A DNA stretch of 41,254 nucleotides from Thermoproteota archaeon (lineage in GTDB: Archaea > Korarchaeota > Korarchaeia > Korarchaeales > Korarchaeaceae). Under the pieces are notes generated by a model. It ran no database searches. It was given only the letters and a program-made list of their open reading frames with translations, and was not told the origin of the DNA. Both the position numbers and the translations under genes were made by a program. The stretch spans positions 1 to 41,254 of the forward strand of contig JAOZFG010000036.1 of assembly GCA_027491435.1 (NCBI GenBank). The letters run 5' to 3'. This document shows positions 26,973-36,512 of the stretch, piece after piece (within the stretch, counting starts at the first letter, position 1; the number at the start of each line of letters is the position of its first letter).

Positions 26973-28274
26973 GAGTGTCCTGCCCCCCCTCATCAGGTCC
27001 TCCAAGCCCAGTGCCTTCTCCGCAGGTTCAACGGTCCTACCAACTACCAGATACTCCTTCTCGTATCCTGGAAGCAGGAGCTTACCCTTCTCCTTTAGCC
27101 TATCTAAGATTCTGTCTATCTCCCTCCCGCTCAAGTCAGACCACTTTACCTCGACCAGCAAGGCCCTCTTCAGCTCGTCGTTTATTGCAACCAAGTCGAC
27201 CTCCACGTCCTTGTCCCACCACCTCCCCAAGCGGGTGGGGGTCCAGCTCATTATCTCAGGGAGGAGCTGCCTCACCACTTCCTCGTAAACGGGTCCCAGG
27301 AATTGGTTGTACTCCCTCCTTATAGCTGAGGCCCTTAACAGACCTTGTTCCAGTAGGGATAGGTTGGGGTGGATGAACCTGAACCAGAACCTCAGGAAGT
27401 TGTCAGCCAGGTAGTAGCGCCCCTTCTTGGAACTCCACCTCTCAGTCACGGGCACCTCCCTTCTGACGAGCTCCACCTCCATCAGGTTCCTTAGGTAGGG
27501 CATCAGGTCGGTGTGCCTCATGCCAGCGTAGTCCCTTATCTCCTTAGGCGTCGTCTTCCCGTAAGCTATGGCTTCGAGCACCCTCTTGTATGTGGTTAGC
27601 TCCAGGAACTCGTACCTTAATAGGAAGTCCGCCTCGTCCCTGATGAAGGTGTCCGGCGAAGTGAGCTCCTGATCCAGCCAATCCCAGAAGGGAACCCTCA
27701 CCCTTTTTAGGTAGTAGGGGATGCCGCCGGCAAACCCGTAAACTTCGACAAGCTCCTTCCAGCTTGCCCTGAGGAACCCTTTCAGGTCCTTGAACTTTAG
27801 AGGGGTGACCTTAAGGCTTACAGTCCTCCTGCCGTAGAGGGGGCTCTTGTAGGCCAGCACCTTGTCCTTCATCATAGAAACTGAGGAGCCTAAAATGAAG
27901 AGCTTGGTCCTGCTCCCCTTAAGCTGCAAGTCAACTATCCTCTGGAAGACGCTCAAGATCCTGGGATCCTCCTTTATCATGTTTGGGAACTCATCTATCA
28001 CCACAACCCTATCCTTAAGGAAGGAGAACACGGACTCCCACTCCTCCTTAACGTGCTTCAGCTCTGGGGCGACCCTTGAGGCCGTGTTTATGAAGTGCCT
28101 GACGTTGTCCCCCTCAACCGCAAGGTAGTAAATGTGGTCCGTCCCCTTTAGAGCCTCCAGGATCAGCCTTGTTTTGCCGACCCTCCTCCTTCCGTAGATT
28201 ATCACGAGCTCGAACTCATCTGAGCTGAGCTTCTCCCTGATCAGCTTGAGCTCCCGCTCCCTGTCCACAAACAT
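26940..28274 (-). CDS. Archaeal ATPase (ATPase_2 + wHTH + DUF234 nuclease-like; COG1672)
   Basis: MFVDREREL, YGRRRVGKT, IDEFP, SPLYGRRT, GGIPYYL, DNFLRFWFRF, EVDLV..VEVKW. Confidence 0.93.
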   Translation of the reverse strand: MFVDRERELKLIREKLSSDEFELVIIYGRRRVGKTRLILEALKGTDHIYYLAVEGDNVRHFINTASRVAPELKHVKEEWESVFSFLKDRVVVIDEFPNMIKEDPRILSVFQRIVDLQLKGSRTKLFILGSSVSMMKDKVLAYKSPLYGRRTVSLKVTPLKFKDLKGFLRASWKELVEVYGFAGGIPYYLKRVRVPFWDWLDQELTSPDTFIRDEADFLLRYEFLELTTYKRVLEAIAYGKTTPKEIRDYAGMRHTDLMPYLRNLMEVELVRREVPVTERWSSKKGRYYLADNFLRFWFRFIHPNLSLLEQGLLRASAIRREYNQFLGPVYEEVVRQLLPEIMSWTPTRLGRWWDKDVEVDLVAINDELKRALLVEVKWSDLSGREIDRILDRLKEKGKLLLPGYEKEYLVVGRTVEPAEKALGLEDLMRGGRTLLSRKTISEED

Positions 28275-28308
28275 AATCTCAATTATGATAATTTGAATTC
28301 ACATAAAA
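28272..28308 (-). promoter_or_regulatory. Inverted-repeat operator candidate over the ATPase start codon
   Basis: CATAAT-N4-ATTATG at 28272-28287, a related half-degenerate copy GATAATTTGAATT right after it, then a TATA-like TTTTATGT on the minus strand (28308-28301). Confidence 0.55.
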
Positions 28309-28350
28309 GGTTAACCCTTAATTTGGGCACGATGAGGTGAGGGAGATGGC

Positions 28351-28638
28351 ATGGAGGAAGCCATAACTGTAAGCAAGAGGGGGAAGAGGGAGCTCAGGAC
28401 TATAGTGTCAAGGGGGAGGTTTGCCTTGGTGGAGTACAGGGACCCTAAGACCATGGAGAGGGTGGAGGACAAGTACAAGCTAGTGCTGCTGCACGACGAC
28501 GGGAGGGTGGATGAGTACTTCATAATACCGACTAAGACCAGGAGTAGGCTCCTCATGATCGTGCCGAAGGAGAAGAAGGGGACAAACCTTAAGGTCTGGA
28601 ACCCAGAGAAGGGAGAAGTGGAGGACCTCTTCCCTTGA
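28351..28638 (+). CDS. Hypothetical small beta-rich protein
   Basis: 95-aa ORF with host-like codons; stop overlaps the radical SAM start (TTGA). Confidence 0.75.
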   Translation: MEEAITVSKRGKRELRTIVSRGRFALVEYRDPKTMERVEDKYKLVLLHDDGRVDEYFIIPTKTRSRLLMIVPKEKKGTNLKVWNPEKGEVEDLFP

Positions 28639-29498
28639 GCGTGTTGAGGCAGTTTGACCCCTGGAACAGTCCGCTGTGCACTTGTCCCAGGAAGTACTCC
28701 CTTCACCCCTACACGGGGTGCACCCACATGTGCCTCTACTGCTACGCCACGGCTTACGTAGGCAGGCGGCCCAGCCAACCCAAGAGGGACTTCATCAAGA
28801 GGCTGGCCAGGGATTTAAGGAGAGCCGATCCTAGGCTGCCTGTAGAACTCTCCTCCAGTAGCGACCCTTACCCGCCTGAGGAAGGCTTCTTCGGCCTGAC
28901 CAGGTCTGCCTTGAAGCTGCTGAAGGCCCATAACTTTAGGGTGCTGATAACCACTAAGGGAACCCTGTTTACCAGGGATCTAGAGCTCGTGGACGGGGTC
29001 ATGGTCACCATAACCACTCTTGACAGGGAGCTTGCCAGAAAGCTCGAACCAAACGCTCCTCCACCTGAGGAGAGGTTGAAGGCCTTGAAGAAGGCCTCAG
29101 AAGTTGTTAGGATTGGAGTCAGGGTTGATCCGATAGTTCCTGGGCTTAACGACGATAGGAAGAGGATTAAAGAGTTGCTAGAGGCCATTAGAGACGCTGG
29201 GGCTGAACACGTGGTGACCTCTACCTACAAGGCCAGGCCTGACAACTTCAAGAGGATGGTCCAAGCCTTCCCTGAGATGGAGAGGGAATGGAGGAGGCTC
29301 TACTACAGTGAGGGGGTGAGGGTAGGGGGCTACAGGTACTTGAGTGCTCAGCTCAGGAGGAGGATCATGGAGTACGTGGTAGGGGAAGCCCTTAAGCTAG
29401 GAATGAGCGCCGCAACCTGTAGGGAGGGGTTTCCTGACCTGTTAAGGGCCAAGTCCTGCGATGGAACCCACCTAACCTTGAGGGAAAAGGGTATTTAG
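28635..29498 (+). CDS. Radical SAM protein, spore-photoproduct-lyase-like (COG1533)
   Basis: PYTGCTHMCLYCYA CxxxCxxC, SSDPYPP, LEPNAPPPEERL, RVDPIVPGLND. Confidence 0.9.
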   Translation: MSVLRQFDPWNSPLCTCPRKYSLHPYTGCTHMCLYCYATAYVGRRPSQPKRDFIKRLARDLRRADPRLPVELSSSSDPYPPEEGFFGLTRSALKLLKAHNFRVLITTKGTLFTRDLELVDGVMVTITTLDRELARKLEPNAPPPEERLKALKKASEVVRIGVRVDPIVPGLNDDRKRIKELLEAIRDAGAEHVVTSTYKARPDNFKRMVQAFPEMEREWRRLYYSEGVRVGGYRYLSAQLRRRIMEYVVGEALKLGMSAATCREGFPDLLRAKSCDGTHLTLREKGI

Positions 29499-29516
29499 TA
29501 ACCCCGGCTTGAATGG

Positions 29517-30821
29517 TTGATGGGGTTGGACAGCTTCTTCACGCCAGAATCGATAGTGGTGGTTGGCGCCTCCACTAAGCCGGGAAAGATAGGCCATGAG
29601 GTCCTCAGGAACGTCATCAGGTCTTTTAAGGGGAGGGTTTACGCGGTCAACCCTAGGGCCGATGAGATACTGGGCGTCTCCTCCTACCCCTCGGTGAGGG
29701 AGGCCCCTCCGGCTGAGCTAGCTGTGATAACCCTTCCCGCCAGGGCCGTACCTCAAGCCGTCGAGGAGTGTGGTGAGAAGGGGTGCAAGGCGGCGGTGAT
29801 CATATCTGGGGGATTCGCTGAGCTAGGAGATGAGGGCAAAAGGCTTCAGGATGAGCTGGTCAGGGCTGCCAGGAGGTACGGGATAAGGGTAATAGGCCCC
29901 AACTGCATAGGGGTTTACGCGCCCAGCACCGGGGTGGACACCTCTTTCCAGCCGGTTGAGAGAATGCTGAAGCCGGGAGACGGTAACATAGCGTTCACCA
30001 GTCAGAGCGGCACCTACGCGATAGACTTCCTGGAAAGGTTGGCTTACGAGGGGGTCGGCGTTAGGTACGGGGTTAGCCTGGGCAACAGGGCTGACGTGGA
30101 CGAGGCCGACCTGTTGGAGCACTGGAGCGGGGACGGCTCAGTAAAGGTGGTGGCATCCTACATGGAAACTCTAACTGATGGCAGGAGGCTTTACGAGGCC
30201 GTCAAGGGATTGGGCAAGCCCTTCATAGTGTATAAGTCTGGGAGGACCAGCGAAGGGGCTAGAGCAGCCTCCTCGCACACTGGCAGAGTGGCTGGAAGCT
30301 ACAGGGTCTTTGAGTCCGCCTTAAGGCAGGCCGGCGCCCTGGTGGTTGACTCCTTCATGGAGCTTTATGAGTCCACCAAGGCGGTGTCCCTGGCACCGAG
30401 GCTTAAGGGGAATAAGGCCTTACTCATAACGAACGGAGCTGGTCCCTGCGTCTCCTCCATGGACCTCCTTTACAGGTACGGGTTCACATTCCCTAAAAGC
30501 GACATGGGAAACCCGATAGACCTGACGGGGTCTGCCAGGACCCAGGATTACCTTGAGGCAATGAGGAGGGCTGGGGACTACGATCTGGTGCTGGTTTACG
30601 TGGTCTACCAGGACTCCCCGCTCGAGGAGGAGTTCACCGAGAGGCTTCTGGAGGAGTGGGACGGAGAGAGGCCCCTACTAGTTTACGCTTCAGGGGTAGG
30701 CCCCTACACCATGGAGAAGGTGAGGGCCCTGCACAGGGAGGGGGTGCCCGCCTTCACCACCGCCGAGGGAATTGCCTGGGGGGCCAGGGCCCTTCTCCAC
30801 TTCTCCAAGGGTACGGGTTAA
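29517..30821 (+). CDS. acdA: ADP-forming acyl-CoA synthetase alpha subunit
   Basis: VVGAS..PGKIG, ISGGFAE, IGPNCIG, SQSG, catalytic ASSHTG, NPIDLTG. Confidence 0.88.
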   Translation: MMGLDSFFTPESIVVVGASTKPGKIGHEVLRNVIRSFKGRVYAVNPRADEILGVSSYPSVREAPPAELAVITLPARAVPQAVEECGEKGCKAAVIISGGFAELGDEGKRLQDELVRAARRYGIRVIGPNCIGVYAPSTGVDTSFQPVERMLKPGDGNIAFTSQSGTYAIDFLERLAYEGVGVRYGVSLGNRADVDEADLLEHWSGDGSVKVVASYMETLTDGRRLYEAVKGLGKPFIVYKSGRTSEGARAASSHTGRVAGSYRVFESALRQAGALVVDSFMELYESTKAVSLAPRLKGNKALLITNGAGPCVSSMDLLYRYGFTFPKSDMGNPIDLTGSARTQDYLEAMRRAGDYDLVLVYVVYQDSPLEEEFTERLLEEWDGERPLLVYASGVGPYTMEKVRALHREGVPAFTTAEGIAWGARALLHFSKGTG

Positions 30822-30854
30822 GAAGGGCTTTTCAGGTGAGACTCACCTTATCGG

Positions 30855-31030
30855 GCACCTAAATCTACCTGACGAAGGCCCTTGGACTTAAAGAAACTTG
30901 ATGAGAGATGGGAGACCAGCCCTTTCATTATATTGAACCTGTTCGACTGTTTCAACTTGAAGGACTCTGAGAGGTGCTCATGAAGGCGTCTAGCCAGCTC
31001 CTGCCCTGAGTGAGAGTTCGATGGACTGCT
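30855..31030 (+). mobile_element. Probable decayed IS6 transposase fragment
   Basis: Fragments PK/IY/DEGPW (30871-30885) and FDC (30942-30950) resemble IS6 KPxIxVDxGPWY and FDCYF; stops and frameshifts throughout. Confidence 0.4.
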
Positions 31031-31236
31031 CACTAGTTAAGAGTCTTAAACTTTGAGTCAGGAAGGTTGCCTCTCCACCTCATGAGAATGAACGCCTGCA
31101 GTCGACGCCTATGCTGGCAGTTTGGTCGATCGAATGAGGCAGTTCCTAGGCCTTTTGCCAGTTACTCTAGGGTATCTCCTAGGGCAGCACCTGTTTGTCC
31201 CCTTAAGCCCATCATCTAGCTTCTTAGAAGTGAGAG

Positions 31237-32697
31237 CTAATGGTGATGACCGTGATGGTGATGATCTATCAGCCCCAGATGATGGGCCAGCACGTGGTGG
31301 TAGCTGTGAACGTCCATAAGGGACTGGAAGGCCCTCTCCACCACCTCGCTTAGGGCCGGGTGTATGTGCATCCCGCTGACTATGGGATACAGGGTCGGGT
31401 CCCTGGAGTACATTAGGGCTATTACCTCGTGTATCAGTATTGAGGCGTGCGGTCCAACTATGTGAGCTCCCAGTATGGTGCCCGTGGCCCCGTCCACTAT
31501 CACCTTGACGAAGTAGTCCTTGGCGTCCATCGCCAGGCCCTTGGCGGTGTCCTCATACCTGTAGAACCCTATCAGAACCCTGTCGGCCCCCAACGCCTTT
31601 AAGGCCTCTTCCTCTTTCATCCCGACGCTGGCCACCTCAGGGTGTATGAACACCGCGTGGGGTACTGCGTGGTAGCTCATCTTAACCTTCTTTCCCAGTA
31701 TAGCGTTGTAGTAGATTATCTTGGACTCGTAGTTGGCCACGTGCTTGAACAAGTACTTCCCGTTGGCGTCGCCGCAAGAGTAGATGCCGGGGACGTTGGT
31801 TTCCATGTACTCGTTTACCTTTATCCAGCCCTCCCCCCAGGTCTCTATCCCCCCCTTCTCCGGCTTCAGTATGTCGGAGTTGGGAGCCCTGCCGGCGGCT
31901 ATCAGCACCTCATCGCCTTCAAAAGAGACCTTCTCGCCGGTAGCCCTGTTAACTGCTATCACCTCCTTAACCCCGTTTCTCTCCCTGAGCTCAACCACCT
32001 CGTGGTTGGTGAATATGTCAAGCTGCTGACTAAGGTGCTTCTTGGCTATGAAGGAAATCTCTTCCTCCTCCTGGGGGAGGAATTGGGGATTCCTGCCAAC
32101 TATCGTCACGTCTGAGCCCATGGAGGAGAAGAAGTACCCGAACTCCGCCGCTATGTAGCCGCCCCCCACTATCACAAGCTTCTGGGGGAGCTCATCTATG
32201 TGGAATATGGTGTCGCTTGTGTGGTACCTGACGGAGTCAATCCCCTTTATGGGAGGTATTTTGGGCTTTGAGCCCGAGCACACTAGTATCAGCTTAGACT
32301 CGATCAGCTTATCCCCAACCTTGATGGTGTAGGGGGCCACGAACTCGGCCACTTCAGGGTAGTAATCTATGTTGGGCGAGCTGGAGAGGCCCCTCCTTAT
32401 CATCTCTATGTCCTCCCTGATTAGGGAGCGCATCCTCTCCATAACGGCCTTAAAGTTAACCCCCTTTAGCTCCACGTCTATGTGAAATTTCCTAGCCTCC
32501 TTAACCGATGTGACCATGTCAGCCACGTGCAGCAATATCTTTGATGGTATGCACCCCCTGGTAAGGCAGATGCCGCCTGGCTCGTCCTTGTCTATCACTG
32601 CCACCTTAACGTTAGGGTCCCTATGCAGCAGGGCGTCTATAACGTTCATGGCCGAGCCAGTGCCTATAGCTATAGCATCATACTCTATGACGCTCAT
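31237..32697 (-). CDS. Flavoprotein disulfide reductase (dihydrolipoamide dehydrogenase/mycothione reductase-like) with His-rich tail
   Basis: GGICLTRGCIPSK redox disulfide, GGGYIAAE, FKHVANYE, HPALSE; ends HHHHGHHH. Confidence 0.88.
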   Translation of the reverse strand: MSVIEYDAIAIGTGSAMNVIDALLHRDPNVKVAVIDKDEPGGICLTRGCIPSKILLHVADMVTSVKEARKFHIDVELKGVNFKAVMERMRSLIREDIEMIRRGLSSSPNIDYYPEVAEFVAPYTIKVGDKLIESKLILVCSGSKPKIPPIKGIDSVRYHTSDTIFHIDELPQKLVIVGGGYIAAEFGYFFSSMGSDVTIVGRNPQFLPQEEEEISFIAKKHLSQQLDIFTNHEVVELRERNGVKEVIAVNRATGEKVSFEGDEVLIAAGRAPNSDILKPEKGGIETWGEGWIKVNEYMETNVPGIYSCGDANGKYLFKHVANYESKIIYYNAILGKKVKMSYHAVPHAVFIHPEVASVGMKEEEALKALGADRVLIGFYRYEDTAKGLAMDAKDYFVKVIVDGATGTILGAHIVGPHASILIHEVIALMYSRDPTLYPIVSGMHIHPALSEVVERAFQSLMDVHSYHHVLAHHLGLIDHHHHGHHH

Positions 32698-32861
32698 CCG
32701 GCATTCTGGCCCTTACCCCTTTTAATCGCTCTCCTCCAATCCACATTGTTCATATGTTTTAACTATTTATGAGGCTTACGCTTTATTTGTGAGTCCTCAG
32801 ATTGGTGGAGAAGCCGAAGCGGCCCTCAAACTTAAATAAAATTCATGACTTCATTCCTGAA

Positions 32862-34916
32862 ATGATTAAAGAGAACGTAGACGTGATCAAGATAAGAGCC
32901 TGGTTGACAATTCAGAATATCAAGGAGAGCTGGAGAGAAGCCCTCCTAGTGGCCATTCCAATAGTTGGATTCATAATTAATTATTCACTGATCTCCGTGG
33001 TCAACTTGTACAGGTTCATGGACAACTGGGACCTGGGCACTTTTACCCAAGCCTTCTGGAGCGGTCTTAGGGGTGAACCTTTCCTTATATCCGACCAAAC
33101 CTTCTTCTTCAAGGGCTTCCCTGAAGTCAAGTACGGGAGCTTCCTAGCGATCCACTTCAGCCCCATAATGTACGCCTTCATTCCCCTATTCTCCCTAAAC
33201 CCGGGACCTGAGATCCTTTTAGTGATACAAGCTATTTGGATGGGTCTTGGGGGCATCCCTATTTACCTAATAGGCAAGAAGTACCTGGGAAGGGAGATTG
33301 GTTACGCCTTCATGCTTTCCTACTTGCTTAACCCAATAACCGCCGTGATAACCCTGCACAGCTTCCACATAGAGAGCCTTTTGGTGCCCATATTTCTGCT
33401 CTCATTTTACTTCCTACTTGATGGAAAACTCGCTCCCTACTTTCTAACGCTGGAGGTTGGCACCTTCATTATAGAATACGGTCCCATAATAGCTGCGGCC
33501 TTCAACGTCCTCTACGTGGTTTACCACAGGAAGAGGTTGACCAAGTTGGTCCTACTGGAGATATCCGCTATAACGGCGTTGCTCCTGACCTACATATACG
33601 TTGCAGAGAAGCTTAGGGTGGCCTTCGGCCTGGACCCTGAAGGGGCGATCTTGACCATCAGCGGTCAGGCCTGGAGGGTTCTGGGCGCCTCATCACCACT
33701 TCAGGTCCCATTTGCGATCCTAAGTAATCCTAGTAGGGCCATAATGGCCCTTACCTACGACTTAAACGCTAAGCTAGATTGGTTCCTCAGGATCATAGTG
33801 CCGGTTATGGGCCTCCCCCTGCTCTTCCCTGAGGGGTGGATGACAGCCCTCCCTTGGCTCACCATATCCCTCTTCTCTAACCACCCCCCCTACTACTATC
33901 CCTTTAACTTTAAGTACTCCTTCTTGTACTTCTTCGTCTATCCAAGCGCGATAATAGGGCTAAAAAGACTTGTAAAAAACGTTAGGAAGATAAAATTCAA
34001 TTACAAGGCCCTCGTACTCCTAACCATAGTAGTCACTACTGCTTACAGCTACTCCTCAATACTGCAAAGGTCCCCAGAACTCCCTACAGATCATGCCCTG
34101 ATTAAACACCAGTTGATAAGGTTAATACCTAAGAACACCTCAATCATGCTGACTAGCGACGTTTACCCTTACTTCGCCGAGAGCAGGGAAGTTTACGTTG
34201 TCCCCCCTCCATCTCTGAAAACTGGTTACAGGTTAGTTGGGGAGGAGATGTTGAACAACTTGGAGCCGGAGTACATATTTGTGGACTTGCTCTCCCCTTT
34301 CAGTAGGGTGAGGGAAGAATCTAGGTTCGTTCTAGATGGGTTTAGGGAGAGGAGCTTCATATGCGACGTTACCGAGGACTTGAGGGGGATGTACTGTACT
34401 CTGAGGAAGCCCATCGCTCAGTACGGCCTCTACGCCTACATGGACGGCATCTTCATATTCAAGAGGGGGTACTCTGAGGAGCCGGTGATATTCGAGCCCT
34501 TAGTTTTCTCCCTGGGGCCGTTAAAGTACAAAGAGGGGGAATGGACCAAAGTAATTCCTGGAGATCCAACAAAGCTTTGTGTAATAGGGGGAAACGAGAG
34601 CACCGCCTGGTTTGGACCCTTTACATTCCTGCCACCAGGCAGTTATCAAGCGGAGGTGAGTGTGAGAGTATATTACGACCCTAAGGTACTTCCTATAGAT
34701 AAGAGGCTCTTCTTCGTGGACGTGGTCTATGATTTAGCCAGTAAGAGGGTTGCAATGAAAAAGATAACCGCTGAACAGGTGAATTCAGGGGAAAGGGCAT
34801 TAATCAGGGTTAACTTCACGTTGAACGAGCCGGCCTTCGATTTGGAGGTCAGGGGAAAATACCCCTGGCCTGGTACTTGCTTTCAGGTGGAGTACGTTAG
34901 GATAAAGAGGGGGTAG
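32862..34916 (+). CDS. DUF2079 membrane protein (GT-C-like) with C-terminal extracellular domain
   Basis: WDLGTFTQAFWS, FLAIHFSPI, LLVIQAI, FHIE motifs and many TM helices. ATG 32862 fits the TTAAATAAA box at about 32832 better than TTG 32802. Confidence 0.8.
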   Translation: MIKENVDVIKIRAWLTIQNIKESWREALLVAIPIVGFIINYSLISVVNLYRFMDNWDLGTFTQAFWSGLRGEPFLISDQTFFFKGFPEVKYGSFLAIHFSPIMYAFIPLFSLNPGPEILLVIQAIWMGLGGIPIYLIGKKYLGREIGYAFMLSYLLNPITAVITLHSFHIESLLVPIFLLSFYFLLDGKLAPYFLTLEVGTFIIEYGPIIAAAFNVLYVVYHRKRLTKLVLLEISAITALLLTYIYVAEKLRVAFGLDPEGAILTISGQAWRVLGASSPLQVPFAILSNPSRAIMALTYDLNAKLDWFLRIIVPVMGLPLLFPEGWMTALPWLTISLFSNHPPYYYPFNFKYSFLYFFVYPSAIIGLKRLVKNVRKIKFNYKALVLLTIVVTTAYSYSSILQRSPELPTDHALIKHQLIRLIPKNTSIMLTSDVYPYFAESREVYVVPPPSLKTGYRLVGEEMLNNLEPEYIFVDLLSPFSRVREESRFVLDGFRERSFICDVTEDLRGMYCTLRKPIAQYGLYAYMDGIFIFKRGYSEEPVIFEPLVFSLGPLKYKEGEWTKVIPGDPTKLCVIGGNESTAWFGPFTFLPPGSYQAEVSVRVYYDPKVLPIDKRLFFVDVVYDLASKRVAMKKITAEQVNSGERALIRVNFTLNEPAFDLEVRGKYPWPGTCFQVEYVRIKRG

Positions 34917-34917
34917 C

Positions 34918-35952
34918 ATGAAGCTGGTTATCTGCCATCACCTCAGCCTCACCTACGGAGGAGGGGGCGAGTGGGCCGTCATCAATATGGCCAATGAGGC
35001 CGTCAAGAGGGGGTATGAGGTTGAGGTGAGGTCACTCCCCTTCTGGAGGAGTGATAAAATAAACCCAGAGGAGGTGCTTAAGGACGGGGTAGCTTACAGC
35101 GAGAGGTACAAACACCCCAGGGTGAAGGCCGACGTCTCTTACTACCTGTACGCCCCCTACCTTCATAAGCTCTGCCCAGTAGAGGGGGCTAGGATGGCCG
35201 GCTTTCACTCTCTCCTCTGGTTCACCGGACCCACCGATGGCTACTCTCCTTTAGCTAAGCTTGCCTACAAGGTGTGGAAAAGGAGGTGGAAAGCGGACCT
35301 CTCAGCGTATCACGCTTATAGGGTCTACTTCGTAGAGATGCTCAAAATGATCCCATTAAGGGAGACTAAGAAGCCCATCTACGTGATAGGGCCTGACGTG
35401 GACACTGAGCTCTTTAGGCCGGGGGAGAAGTGGGAGGAGTTCACGGCCCTTTACGTGGGTAGGCCCGTCAAACAGAAGGGATTTGACCTATTCCTAAAGG
35501 CTGCCAAGGAGCTAGGTGATAAGATCAGCTTCCTAGTTGCAGGCTCGGACGTAAAAGCTGAGAAAGTTAGATCCCTGGGTTATCTTCCTAGGAAAGAATT
35601 AGCTGACGTAGTCTCCAAATCTCACGCCCTGATATCGATGCAGAGGGTTCCCACCTTGAGCAGGGCTGTTCTGGAGGCCCTATCAGCTGGTACCCTTTCT
35701 ATAGTCTCCACTAAACTGTATGGTCCCTACAAGGGCGTAAAGGCTCTAATGAGAGCCAATAGCCTGGAGGAGTTAAAGGAGCTTCTAATTAAACTTAAAG
35801 AGGCTTGGTCTCAAAACAAGAGGGAGTTCGTTGAACTGTCTAGGAGCGGCAGACCTCTTATTCAGGAGATGCACTCCAGGGAGAGGGTAATGGACAAGCT
35901 TTTCAAATCTTTCAAGCGATTAAAGATGATTCCGGTAGCCTACCGGGGATGA
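34918..35952 (+). CDS. Glycosyltransferase family 4 (GT-B)
   Basis: GGGE, VDTELFRP, YVGR..QKGFD, LEALSAGT. Confidence 0.88.
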   Translation: MKLVICHHLSLTYGGGGEWAVINMANEAVKRGYEVEVRSLPFWRSDKINPEEVLKDGVAYSERYKHPRVKADVSYYLYAPYLHKLCPVEGARMAGFHSLLWFTGPTDGYSPLAKLAYKVWKRRWKADLSAYHAYRVYFVEMLKMIPLRETKKPIYVIGPDVDTELFRPGEKWEEFTALYVGRPVKQKGFDLFLKAAKELGDKISFLVAGSDVKAEKVRSLGYLPRKELADVVSKSHALISMQRVPTLSRAVLEALSAGTLSIVSTKLYGPYKGVKALMRANSLEELKELLIKLKEAWSQNKREFVELSRSGRPLIQEMHSRERVMDKLFKSFKRLKMIPVAYRG

Positions 35953-36373
35953 GGACAACCAGGAGTGCTGTGACCAAAAGCAACATAACTGAGGTTATCT
36001 CCCCGGGATCGAACTCTAGTAAGGGCTGCTTCTCCCTCTCCTCAACGTAAAACTTTCCAGAGTATATTACTTTTCCATCAACGGCGCATTCCTCGGAGAA
36101 CTTTAGGGTAACGTTATGGAATCCACTTTCGAGCCTGTTTGTCATGAGTTTAAGCTCTACTTCCCTTCCTTTAGATTCCCTAATGTCTTGTAGCAGGCCG
36201 TCAACGAAGACGATGACGCATCCCTTCCCGGGAACCTTAACCTTAATGTTCAAGGGGACCCCCCTTTCAACCTTAGGGGCATACCTAACTTCGGGCCCAT
36301 CACCCATCGCAACTGCCGTAGTAAAGCTCACTAACAGAGCAGTTGCGATAATAACTTTTATGCAGGTCCTCAT
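35912..36373 (-). CDS. Secreted, C-terminally anchored small Ig-like protein
   Basis: Signal peptide, VFVDG..TNRLESGFHNVTL beta-sandwich pattern, C-terminal TM. Confidence 0.7.
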   Translation of the reverse strand: MRTCIKVIIATALLVSFTTAVAMGDGPEVRYAPKVERGVPLNIKVKVPGKGCVIVFVDGLLQDIRESKGREVELKLMTNRLESGFHNVTLKFSEECAVDGKVIYSGKFYVEEREKQPLLEFDPGEITSVMLLLVTALLVVLIPGRLPESSLIA

Positions 36374-36512
36374 GGGAGTCCCCCTTATACCAGTTGATCC
36401 GGACTTAAAATCTATTCTTTTAACATGTAGTTTCTATGTAAAGTGAAGCGCTTAATTTTCTGAGGCGTAGAGAGTTCGGTACCTTAAAACCCCCTCACCT
36501 CATTAATTAGCG

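Noticed and set aside
30848-31319. Short ORFs 30848-31033 and 31122-31319, and a 9-codon ORF after GAGGTG near 30980
   Set aside because: They lie in decayed spacer DNA or antisense to the reductase tail, with no motif support.
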